Shown: one piece after another, positions 16,656 to 25,484 of the stretch
Numbering within the stretch: the first letter of the stretch is position 1
Layout: the number at the start of each line of letters is the position of its first letter
Origin: Promethearchaeota archaeon
Lineage (GTDB): Archaea; Asgardarchaeota; Lokiarchaeia; Sigyniarchaeales; SOKP01
Length of the DNA stretch: 64,000 nt
Direction: 5' to 3'
Assembly: GCA_030599585.1 (NCBI GenBank)
Contig: JAUVNS010000013.1
Coordinates: 1 to 64,000 of the forward strand
The notes under the pieces: generated by a model
Told to the model about the DNA's origin: nothing
Seen by the model: only the letters and a program-made list of their open reading frames with translations
The model's database searches: none
Made by a program: the position numbers and the translations under genes

Positions 16656-18146
16656 GTGATATTACCCTTGATTCAGTATATCAATATCCTCACCCGTGAA
16701 GGCAAATCATTGTTATTCCGAAATTACGGAGCTTCGGATGTCGATAGAGATTTGTTGGTCGGATTTTTAAATATTTTCTCGGATGTTGTGAAGGAAGGAA
16801 GTCAGAGTGACATCAAATCTACAGCTACAGATGAGTACAAATATTTTTACACGATGATTGATGAGATTATAATCGTAGTTTGTACTGATCTTGAAGACGA
16901 GGACTCAATATTAATATCTAAAATTACTACTATAAGGGAAAAATTTATTGAAGAGTATGGAGAAAAATTAACGAGTGGCGAATGGTCAGGAAATCGCAGT
17001 CTGTTTTCTGGATTTGAAAGAGAACTCGACGATATGTTCCTTGGTCCAATAAAAGTAGCGATAATCGGGATGGGGGGATGTGGCAAAAATGACCTCGTAC
17101 GCTTAATCTGTGGCAAAGGTATTAATTTAGAATATATGCCAACCATAAATGTTGATATGTCGAATTTTGATGGAGCGGAGATTGGAATTAACCGTTCCAT
17201 AACGCTGTGGGATTTTGCGGGGCAATCTAACTTTAGGTCTCTCTGGAAAAGTTTACTTGAAAGTACTGATATAGCTCTATTAGTTCTTGATTCAACCTTT
17301 GAGAATGTAAATAAAAGTAAAGATATCATTCAGAAAATTTTAGATAAACATTATCGGGATGTATTAGTTATCGGTATAGCGAACAAACAAGACATGCCTG
17401 GTAGATTAACACCGCAATTTTGCGAAAGAATCCTCTCCCAAGCGGAAAGAGAACCTCCGATCAAAGTCCATGGAATGGTTGCAACTAACCATGCATATCG
17501 AGAGAAAATCCTCGCGATCTTAAGAGATGCGATAAATAAAATTTCCAATGGTTTTAAACCTAGTTCTGAAATCAAATTGCAAACACAATTTAATGATAAA
17601 GCGAGCCAAGAATTCGAACAGTTTAAGATTGAAAAATCCAATAAAGAAGCAATAGAAAGGGCTGAGAGTTATTTTAAAACAAATGAAACTAATAGGATTA
17701 AGAAAGTAATTGATAATATACTTTCAAAGATTATAAAATCCGATAGTGGTATTAAAAAAGTAATAGTAGTTGACAGAACAGGACTAACGATTGCAAGCGT
17801 TTCTAAATTTTCATACTTTCCAGCGGATGTCGATGGTATCGGTGCGATTGCAAGCGCTGTATTTTGTGCGAGTGAGCAACAAGGAAAAAATCTAGATCTT
17901 AACGATTTAGAAATTGTTATTAGTGAATTCTCAGGAGGAAAGATTTTTACCTCAAGTTTTGGTCCAAAGGGTATATTCACCCTCATTTCTGATCCAGATA
18001 TTAATATTGGATTGATTAGATTAATATTAAAGCGTTCAGGAGACGAATTGAAAAAGATTCTTGACAAATTCTTATCAAATATTCATAATAATTTAGATCC
18101 TGGAGACCCTGGCTCTGCAAGTGAAGCTGCATTAGTAGACTTTTGA
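16656..18146 (+). CDS. Longin-like domain, Ras-superfamily (Arf/Rag-like) small GTPase and C-terminal Roadblock/LC7 fusion
   Basis: N-terminal INILTREGKSL...LLVGFLNIF (longin-like); G1 GMGGCGKN, G2 YMPTI, G3 WDFAGQ, G4 NKQD; C-terminal VIVVDRTGLTIAS...GAIASAVF...NIGLIRLIL (Roadblock). Start may be TTG at 16668. Confidence 0.85.
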   Translation: MILPLIQYINILTREGKSLLFRNYGASDVDRDLLVGFLNIFSDVVKEGSQSDIKSTATDEYKYFYTMIDEIIIVVCTDLEDEDSILISKITTIREKFIEEYGEKLTSGEWSGNRSLFSGFERELDDMFLGPIKVAIIGMGGCGKNDLVRLICGKGINLEYMPTINVDMSNFDGAEIGINRSITLWDFAGQSNFRSLWKSLLESTDIALLVLDSTFENVNKSKDIIQKILDKHYRDVLVIGIANKQDMPGRLTPQFCERILSQAEREPPIKVHGMVATNHAYREKILAILRDAINKISNGFKPSSEIKLQTQFNDKASQEFEQFKIEKSNKEAIERAESYFKTNETNRIKKVIDNILSKIIKSDSGIKKVIVVDRTGLTIASVSKFSYFPADVDGIGAIASAVFCASEQQGKNLDLNDLEIVISEFSGGKIFTSSFGPKGIFTLISDPDINIGLIRLILKRSGDELKKILDKFLSNIHNNLDPGDPGSASEAALVDF

Positions 18147-18320
18147 TAAGGGAAAAGTGTTAAATATGTCACTAAGAAGGTTGTTCTTGTTTCTTACCTT
18201 TGCTCATAGATTTTGTCTATGAGGACTAACCTTATTAATGAAATTTGGCTACCCTTTAAATGGAATATTATACTATATTACAGAAATTCCAAAAAAAAAA
18301 ACATATAAAAGTGATTTAAG

Positions 18321-18635
18321 ATGCCAAAGTGCCCATATTGTAAAGAGAAGCTCGAAATAAAACTCGAGATTAGCCCAGGACCAATCAATGACAAGTTTAA
18401 AGATGATCTTATAAAAACTTACGAGAATTTCATAGATATTCAAGCTGAGGTCGTCCCATTTGGGGGAAAGATGATAAAACGAATGGCACAATATAGTTTA
18501 AAATTCATTAAACGATATTTAGATAAAATTGGAGCCATACCGCTAATATTCCACTCGTGTTCAAAATGCGATTCTGTAATATCATCCCAAACCATAGTTG
18601 ATTTAATGTCTTCAGGAAGTTCAGGTTCCTCATAA
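18321..18635 (+). CDS. Small Zn-binding hypothetical protein
   Basis: 104 aa with CPYC at the N-terminus and CSKC near the C-terminus; followed by a T-tract. Confidence 0.7.
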   Translation: MPKCPYCKEKLEIKLEISPGPINDKFKDDLIKTYENFIDIQAEVVPFGGKMIKRMAQYSLKFIKRYLDKIGAIPLIFHSCSKCDSVISSQTIVDLMSSGSSGSS

Positions 18636-18824
18636 TACCTTTTTTTTTTTAATTCTTTTCTAAAGATATATCTAGAATGAGCTTTTTTTCTATTACTTCA
18701 TTAGTTTCTAAAAGTTTTCTTTAACTTCGAAGAGGAGAAAAAAAAGAATAATATCTCATATACCCTTTTTTTTTGTTTAAATACATTCGAGGACTTTGAA
18801 TATAAATTATGAGGTGAACCTAAT

Positions 18825-18962
18825 ATCGTTGTCACAAAAGAAGAGATATTAATCATAGATTCTTCAGAAGAACCTTTCGATTACGCCCGGATTTTAGATT
18901 ACACGCGATTTGAACCACCTGCGGAACTGAGTTTACCCGCTTACGCGTTCGAACGAGATTAA
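18825..18962 (+). CDS. Possible 45-aa small protein with non-canonical ATC start
   Basis: GAGGTGA at 18811-18817, then an open frame IVVTKEEILIIDSSEEPFDYARILDYTRFEPPAELSLPAYAFERD*; no in-frame ATG/GTG/TTG. Confidence 0.3.
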   Translation: MVVTKEEILIIDSSEEPFDYARILDYTRFEPPAELSLPAYAFERD

Positions 18963-19019
18963 GGTTGATAATAAATTAAGATTAAGCCTCTCAAAATGAA
19001 GAGAGTTTAGAGATATCTT

Positions 19020-19595
19020 TTATTCAGGCTTTTTTTTACAGGAATGAGTTAATCGCTCTTCTTTATTAAGCTTAATTCCGCAATATTCGCAATGTATTTC
19101 TTCTTCGGGGTCTTTTTTTTTTAGGGGGGTACGAAGTTGTACTTGAGGGGCCATTGCGAAGTCGTCTGGTGGTTTTGGAGGGTTTAAAATATAAGGATAT
19201 GGAGGATTATCCTCACCATCATCATCATAGTGACCAGATCGCCAAATTTTTCCCAAATGCTTCCCTAAATCAGGGAGGATTAATCTAAGTCTAACATCTT
19301 TCGTAGTAGACACTGTCAAAACCGCGTTTGGACCCGCCTGCATTACCAAGATATATCCCTCGCTTCCTTTTATGTACAACTGATCGAAATCTCCTTTTCT
19401 CATTTCTATAATTGCCTTTTCAGATAAAGAGAGTAAAGCTGCAGTCATTGCAGCGATCTTCGTTTCATCGACACCTTGCGGGAGTGCAGAAGCAATAGGA
19501 AGACCTTCAGCAGACACAATAGCGGCAGATTTTACTTCTGGAATTGCTCCGAGTAATTTTTTCAAAAGATCATTTAAATTGTCAACAGAATCCAT
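19020..19595 (-). CDS. Roadblock/LC7 protein with Pro-rich linker and C-terminal Zn-binding tail
   Basis: AAIVSAEGLPIASALPQGVDETKIAAMTAALLSLSE Roadblock core; PPYPYILNPPKPPDD; CEYC...HSC. Confidence 0.85.
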   Translation of the reverse strand: MDSVDNLNDLLKKLLGAIPEVKSAAIVSAEGLPIASALPQGVDETKIAAMTAALLSLSEKAIIEMRKGDFDQLYIKGSEGYILVMQAGPNAVLTVSTTKDVRLRLILPDLGKHLGKIWRSGHYDDDGEDNPPYPYILNPPKPPDDFAMAPQVQLRTPLKKKDPEEEIHCEYCGIKLNKEERLTHSCKKKPE

Positions 19596-19731
19596 TAGTA
19601 ATACTTTCTCCTTCGCACTAAATACCTATTTTTATTAGATAAAAATAGTTTAATAGAAGATTATTAAGAATATATTTTCGCTAATAGATTAAATTAATTT
19701 ATAAAATTTTAAAAAAAATTAAAAAAAAATT

Positions 19732-20916
19732 TTAATCTCGTAGACCTAATATGGTTGTTGCACAAACGCTAAACGCACCGCCAAGATTATGACACAAACC
19801 GATCTTGGCATCAGGCACTTGTCTTCCTTCAGCACGGCCTTGAACTTGCTTGCTAATCTCTGTAAGCATCCGGCAACCGGTACTTCCAATGGGATGACCA
19901 AAACTTTTCAGCCCTCCAGATGGATTTACGGCAGTTTCTCCGTCCCAATTGAATGTGCCATTCTTGAGTTCTTCAGCTGCTTGACCTCTATCACAGAATT
20001 GTAAATCTTGACAATTTATGAGTTCTGTGATCGTAAAACAGTCATGAACTTCTGCGGCGTCAATTTGTTTTCGTGGATCGGTGATTCCCGCTTCTTTATA
20101 AGCATACTTCGCTGCTTTTACGGTCGATGGAAATGCAGTAAAGTCTGCTCCAGGTCCGTTGGGAGGTACGTACCAAGGAAAATTGGTGTGGGCAGAAATC
20201 GCATTGGCTTTCACCACTACGTAGTCATCCGCATGAGCGTAAGATTCTGCGAGTTCTGGTCTCGTAAGGATCAACGCAGCTGCTCCATCTGACATAGCGC
20301 AACAGTCAAATCTACCTAGAGGGTCCGCAATCATGGGGGCACTCATCGCCGCATCAATGGTAATAGGTCTTCTGAAATGTGCTTTTGGGTGATGAGAACC
20401 ATTATCATGATTTTTTACAGCAACTCGAGCTAAATCTTCCTTTGTCCAACCGAATTCGTGGAAACATCTGGTTGCAGCCATTGAAAACATTGCGGGTGCG
20501 GAAGGTGTTGGATATAGGGGATGTCCAAATTGTTTAAATCCAGGCAAGCCACTGCCACCTTCATCCATTAGCTTCTCTACTCCACAAGCGAGAACAATAT
20601 CATATGCTCCAGAAGCAACAGCGAAACATGCATTACGGAATGCATCCATACCAGAAGCGCAGTAATTTTCCACGCGAGTAGAAGGTTTTCCATCCAATCT
20701 TAGGATATCTTCTACCATAGCACCGGAAAGTCCAGTAAAATAGTAAAAAATTCCAACCCAGCTTGCATCAACTTCATCTTTTTTTATTCCAGCGTCTTTA
20801 ATGGCACTCTGGAACGCTTCGAAAAGCAGATCGTATTGCGACTTATCCCACCGTTCTCCATATTTTGTCATATCGCATCCGATAATTGCTACTTTATCTT
20901 TTATACCATGTCTCAT
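19732..20916 (-). CDS. Thiolase (SCP2-type acetyl-CoA acetyltransferase)
   Basis: ENYCASG catalytic Cys, HDCF and GHPIG motifs. Start moved to ATG 20916, downstream of an AGGAGGT RBS. Confidence 0.9.
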   Translation of the reverse strand: MRHGIKDKVAIIGCDMTKYGERWDKSQYDLLFEAFQSAIKDAGIKKDEVDASWVGIFYYFTGLSGAMVEDILRLDGKPSTRVENYCASGMDAFRNACFAVASGAYDIVLACGVEKLMDEGGSGLPGFKQFGHPLYPTPSAPAMFSMAATRCFHEFGWTKEDLARVAVKNHDNGSHHPKAHFRRPITIDAAMSAPMIADPLGRFDCCAMSDGAAALILTRPELAESYAHADDYVVVKANAISAHTNFPWYVPPNGPGADFTAFPSTVKAAKYAYKEAGITDPRKQIDAAEVHDCFTITELINCQDLQFCDRGQAAEELKNGTFNWDGETAVNPSGGLKSFGHPIGSTGCRMLTEISKQVQGRAEGRQVPDAKIGLCHNLGGAFSVCATTILGLRD

Positions 20917-20930
20917 AGTTATTACCTCCT

Positions 20931-22376
20931 TTAAGGTCTCCCCCTCACGGGTCGACATTTCCAATAATAATTTTTAAATTCAGCACCTTCGTGTTCTTTT
21001 CTGAAGGTCATCTCGACTCTCATCCCAATTTTGACATTTTCTTCGGGTTTTTCAATTTCAGTCATATTTACGAGCACTCTACCACCACCATCAAGGTCTA
21101 CCACGCATCGAGGGACGGGTGTGTTGAGATATGCTCCACCAACCAAGTGATCAAGTGTAAACGTGAAGAGTTCTCCTTTCTTTGCGAGTTTTATGCTTTC
21201 AAGTTGATCATCAGCTCTACAGACGGAACAAGCTCGTGACATGTTTGGATATTGCACAGCTCCACAATTCTTGCATTTTACACCATACCATTTATAAACT
21301 GAGGCAGTATCACGCCAGATTAAGACAGCTGAGCTTTTACGTATATATCTATCTTTATCGATCAATTCTTTGAACTCAATAAAATTGTTGTAATTCTTTA
21401 GGAGGGTCATCGATTTTTGGTGACCGACAAAGCCCATCCTTCCTTTGCTAATAGCTTTAACACCATCTTTATCTCGAACTTGCATTAGAATTGCATCTGC
21501 TCCATCTCCATAACCAGCCATGATGATCTTGGCATCTGGTTTGGGTCTTCGTAAGCTAGCAATGAGGAGCATGAAGGGCATTGGTGTCCCCGTGTCACCT
21601 ACTTGAAAGAATAATCCATTCTGAGCGACTCCTTGGCCAAATTTCATTATTTTAGAGATTCTACTGTGCATTCGGGGGTTACTATAGTAATAAGCTGCAA
21701 TTGCGATGTCTTCAGTAGGATTTAAATTATTGCGTTTCAAGATTTCGGACATAACCTTCGTAATGCTTTCCACATAAAACTTCGCGTCCATTTTAGGTTC
21801 AAAAGTCCTGATAAATTTATCTTTTTCCGCTCTTTTCCACGGACCAGTCACATTTGCTGAGACAGAATAATAATCATCAATCGAAATTGGGATATTTTCT
21901 TCATCCGCAACGAGTATAGCTGCTGCGCCATCAGCAAATCCGTATTCCCACATGGTTGAGGGCTCAGGTTTTCTAGTATCAGCTGCAATTACCAGGATGC
22001 TGTTGATGTCTTTGTTAGCCTTGACTGTATCAACAGCCCTAGTTAAGGCAGTTGTACCTGCTTTAGTAGAATCCGTGAAATCTGCGGTAATGATGTCCTC
22101 TCTCATATCGAGTACTGTAGCGATTAATGACGCTGAATCTTTTTCGGTGTACACTTGTGTTGTTGAAGCAAAGAATATTCCATCAACCGTCTTTGGGTCA
22201 ATTCCCGCCAAGCAATCAAGTCCTGCTTCTACGGACATTGTCAAGCTGTCCTCATCTACCATTGCTACTGCTTTAGTCCCGGGAACTACGGGAAAATCCC
22301 ATGCTTTCGCAATAAGTTCTCTGGGCAGCATATATTTAGGTAAATAAGCACCATAACTTTTAATACCAATTGGCAT
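20931..22376 (-). CDS. HMG-CoA-synthase-like domain fused to DUF35 Zn-ribbon/OB-fold (thiolase partner)
   Basis: GIKSYGAYLP, DEDSLTM and GYGDGADA (HMGS fold); CKNCG...CSVC and YYWKC (DUF35). Confidence 0.85.
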   Translation of the reverse strand: MPIGIKSYGAYLPKYMLPRELIAKAWDFPVVPGTKAVAMVDEDSLTMSVEAGLDCLAGIDPKTVDGIFFASTTQVYTEKDSASLIATVLDMREDIITADFTDSTKAGTTALTRAVDTVKANKDINSILVIAADTRKPEPSTMWEYGFADGAAAILVADEENIPISIDDYYSVSANVTGPWKRAEKDKFIRTFEPKMDAKFYVESITKVMSEILKRNNLNPTEDIAIAAYYYSNPRMHSRISKIMKFGQGVAQNGLFFQVGDTGTPMPFMLLIASLRRPKPDAKIIMAGYGDGADAILMQVRDKDGVKAISKGRMGFVGHQKSMTLLKNYNNFIEFKELIDKDRYIRKSSAVLIWRDTASVYKWYGVKCKNCGAVQYPNMSRACSVCRADDQLESIKLAKKGELFTFTLDHLVGGAYLNTPVPRCVVDLDGGGRVLVNMTEIEKPEENVKIGMRVEMTFRKEHEGAEFKNYYWKCRPVRGRP

Positions 22377-22560
22377 ATTAATTTTTTACCTCTATTATCT
22401 CTTATTTTTGTTATTTGGATATATTTAATTAATTATATGATTCTCAATTTTTTAAATTAAATATATTTTGGTTTTTAATTCTGACTGAAGATGTTTTTCA
22501 AAAACCAATTTTTTTAAGAATAAGATGGATGCTAATCAATACGAGCTTTTTTTGGGAAAT

Positions 22561-23055
22561 TCAATCGTTTTCAAATTTTTTTTCTAAAACGGTTATTATA
22601 GGCTTGAATCCGACTTTACCGAAAACATCTATTAATTTTTGTAATTTTTTGCCTCCCCCATAAGCCATATTGATCCTTACAGCTTCGCATCCCCACGATT
22701 TGAGTATCTGTGTAGCCCGATCTGCGAGAATTTGACCTACACCTTTTCCAATGAATTCTTTTTTCGTCGCCCAATTATTTAAGTATCCAATATACTGTCC
22801 TAAGTTGTTTTTAACTCCTTCCAGCATTCCCAATGAAACAACTTGTCCTGTTGATTTTAATTCAGCTATCAATGTAATTCGTTTTAAGTTTGGTTTGAAT
22901 TGCCTTAGACCAGATGTTTCCCGCCATTTTGACTCTACGAATCCGATATTGAACTTACTTTGAAGTTCTAATAATATCTTTAAAGTAGCTTGGTAATCAG
23001 ATGTTCTATAATTTCTAATGATAATATCTTCTTCTTTAATTAAATCGTCGGACAT
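22561..23055 (-). CDS. GNAT-family N-acetyltransferase
   Basis: IIRNY start, FIGKGVGQ acetyl-CoA motif A, F.K.GF motif B. Confidence 0.75.
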   Translation of the reverse strand: MSDDLIKEEDIIIRNYRTSDYQATLKILLELQSKFNIGFVESKWRETSGLRQFKPNLKRITLIAELKSTGQVVSLGMLEGVKNNLGQYIGYLNNWATKKEFIGKGVGQILADRATQILKSWGCEAVRINMAYGGGKKLQKLIDVFGKVGFKPIITVLEKKFEND

Positions 23056-23079
23056 ATTTTTCTACCCATTATTTGTATT

Positions 23080-24111
23080 TTATGTAGTTTTTAAAAGGTT
23101 TAAATCAATTCTTTTTGACAACAACTTCTCGTTGCTAACTTCGTCAATGATAAAGAATATATACTCGTCAATATGAGGTATGATAGGTGATATAAAAACT
23201 AGTTCTTCTTGTGGGAACCAGTTTTCGATGGTTTCAATCATAATCTCTTTTTCAAAATACTCTTTAAGATGATTAATTTTCACGATTATCCCCTTAGCTT
23301 CTTCTAGGGTGTTGTTTTGAACCAATATTTCCAATTCTTGGCTATCTTCTATAATATTTATTTTAAGTAGCATAAATTGTTTTTTGTCGGCAAAGGTCAC
23401 TTCTCCCTTCTTGTTAGGGTCAAATAATTGAATGCTTGAGAAAGAGCCTTTATAATCCTTACTTTCTATATGCGATACATCTAACCCCTTAAACGCTAAA
23501 TATGCTATAGCTTTTTGCATTCGTATTGATGTAGCGTCTGAATTTTTTATCACATCAGAAAAGAAAGTATTCGTTGTTATTTCGATTGAATCTCTAAGGT
23601 TTTTTTTGATTACCTGGCCAATTTCTATGCGTTTTTTAATTTTAGGAGATTTAATTACTTCATCTTGTAATATTTCAGAGTCAATTATTTCAAACAACTT
23701 GTCTTCATATCTATCTTTTATTTCTTGAGTCAAAATTCTTATTAGCTCGTCCCCAAAAAGCTCAATATTGTTTGGCAGTGATACTATTATCACAATTGTT
23801 TCAGGGGTATCGTCATGAAGTCCAGATCGTCGTTTTTCTCTTTTTGATTGAGTGAGAAATTTCTTACCGAAGAATGTGTATCCTTTGTATTCAAGATCTA
23901 TATGATCTAACGCGTCGGATTCGTCTAAACTCAAAAACCAAATTGGATGATATTTAATCGGACGCATAAAGGCTTTGTCGTTCTTATACTTTTCAACGGG
24001 ATATATTAACAAAGGCATATGTCCTTGAGCTTCGTCAAAATATAGGACATAAACTACTGCTAATTCCTCAAAAGGATTTTTTTCCGATGTTGATTCAAAT
24101 AATTCAGCCAA
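23080..24111 (-). CDS. Hypothetical protein with N-terminal uDENN/longin-like domain
   Basis: VYVLYFDEAQGHMPLLIYP matches the FDxxxGxxxxxxYP start of uDENN/longin domains. Confidence 0.6.
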   Translation of the reverse strand: MAELFESTSEKNPFEELAVVYVLYFDEAQGHMPLLIYPVEKYKNDKAFMRPIKYHPIWFLSLDESDALDHIDLEYKGYTFFGKKFLTQSKREKRRSGLHDDTPETIVIIVSLPNNIELFGDELIRILTQEIKDRYEDKLFEIIDSEILQDEVIKSPKIKKRIEIGQVIKKNLRDSIEITTNTFFSDVIKNSDATSIRMQKAIAYLAFKGLDVSHIESKDYKGSFSSIQLFDPNKKGEVTFADKKQFMLLKINIIEDSQELEILVQNNTLEEAKGIIVKINHLKEYFEKEIMIETIENWFPQEELVFISPIIPHIDEYIFFIIDEVSNEKLLSKRIDLNLLKTT

Positions 24112-24227
24112 GAACGTACCCTTATAGTCGTTTTTTTTGAACTGCTATGGAAAGAAATAATTCTTTGTCTAAAAGTTTAATTAAAAAATATGTATTATTA
24201 ATAATAACAGTTTTAAAGTGAGTATTT

Positions 24228-25319
24228 ATGCAAATAACTGATGTTAAGACCTATATTTTACAATTGGATTTTAAAATTAAAATAGGAAGTATGCCAAGAC
24301 TTCAAGCTAGTGGGCTTTATACTAATCTTAAAACAGACGAAGGAATTGATGGATGGGCTTTGTCGCATTGGAACTTAAGTAATTTAGCTCAAAAACATTT
24401 CATTGATGATGCACTAAAGAAGATGGTTTTAAAGAAAGATCCATTTATGATTGAAGAAATCTTTCACGAACTATACCAAAATAGCAATAGAATTATGTTT
24501 GGAATCCCTCAAGCTACTTCTGCTATTCAAATTGCATGCTGGGATATAATCGGCAAAGCTACGAAACAACCCATATATAAACTTCTCGGAGGTAGAAAAA
24601 GAGAAGTAAAATGTTATGCGTCAATGCCTCGAGGTTATAAACCAAAAGCAGCTGTAGGCGCAGTTGGATCCGCATTAAAACCGGAACTGGGTGGTTTTAA
24701 AGCTGTTAAGCTCCGTATCGGCAATGGCGTAAAGAAGGACGAAGAATTGATTAAAGAAGTAAGGAATGCATTTCCAGATATCGCTATCATGGTGGATGCA
24801 AATTCAGCTTATGATTCTGTTAACGAAGCTTTAAAGGTTGCTGAAGTGTGTCATAAATACGGAGTTGAATGGCTAGAAGAACCCATACCTACTGATAATC
24901 TCGCGGGACTAGCAAAAATACGAGAAAAATCTCCTGTACAGATCGCAGGTGGAGAAAATGACATGGGGATTTTTCGGTTTGAAGACATTCTCTCGAAGGA
25001 ATGTTTTGATATTGTCCAACCTGATGTTACTCGTAGCGGAGGGTTTTTACAACTAAAGAAAATCGATGCGATGGCAGAGGTCAAAGGAGTGCAATGTATT
25101 CCCCATATATTTGGCTTTGGGCATATACTTGCTGCTAACCTTCATTTTGTAATGGCTTCTCGTTGCGAATGGTGTGAATTTCCGTTTATTCCAGACGAGT
25201 ATCAATTACTTGAGGAACCTATAAAATGCGTTAAAGGGAAAGTAAAAGCGCTAGATGAGCCTGGGTTGGGAGTAAAAATTAACAAGCAGATGTTTGAAGA
25301 AAATATTTTGAAAATATAG
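24228..25319 (+). CDS. Mandelate racemase/muconate lactonizing enzyme family (enolase superfamily), probable acid-sugar dehydratase
   Basis: WDIIGK, KxR (VKLRIG), MVDAN, WLEEP, GGEN, QPD and PH motifs. Confidence 0.85.
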   Translation: MQITDVKTYILQLDFKIKIGSMPRLQASGLYTNLKTDEGIDGWALSHWNLSNLAQKHFIDDALKKMVLKKDPFMIEEIFHELYQNSNRIMFGIPQATSAIQIACWDIIGKATKQPIYKLLGGRKREVKCYASMPRGYKPKAAVGAVGSALKPELGGFKAVKLRIGNGVKKDEELIKEVRNAFPDIAIMVDANSAYDSVNEALKVAEVCHKYGVEWLEEPIPTDNLAGLAKIREKSPVQIAGGENDMGIFRFEDILSKECFDIVQPDVTRSGGFLQLKKIDAMAEVKGVQCIPHIFGFGHILAANLHFVMASRCEWCEFPFIPDEYQLLEEPIKCVKGKVKALDEPGLGVKINKQMFEENILKI

Positions 25320-25484
25320 TTTTTTTTCTCTATATTTAATTTTTTCTGTTTAAAATAAATTTTAATCTAATTTTACATTACATACATCGAGGTTTAAATT
25401 ATACAAGCATTAAATATTGGAAAATCTTTAAACAAAAAATTATTATTTATGTTGTTAATCTTTGATTTGGAGCCCTATTGATTC

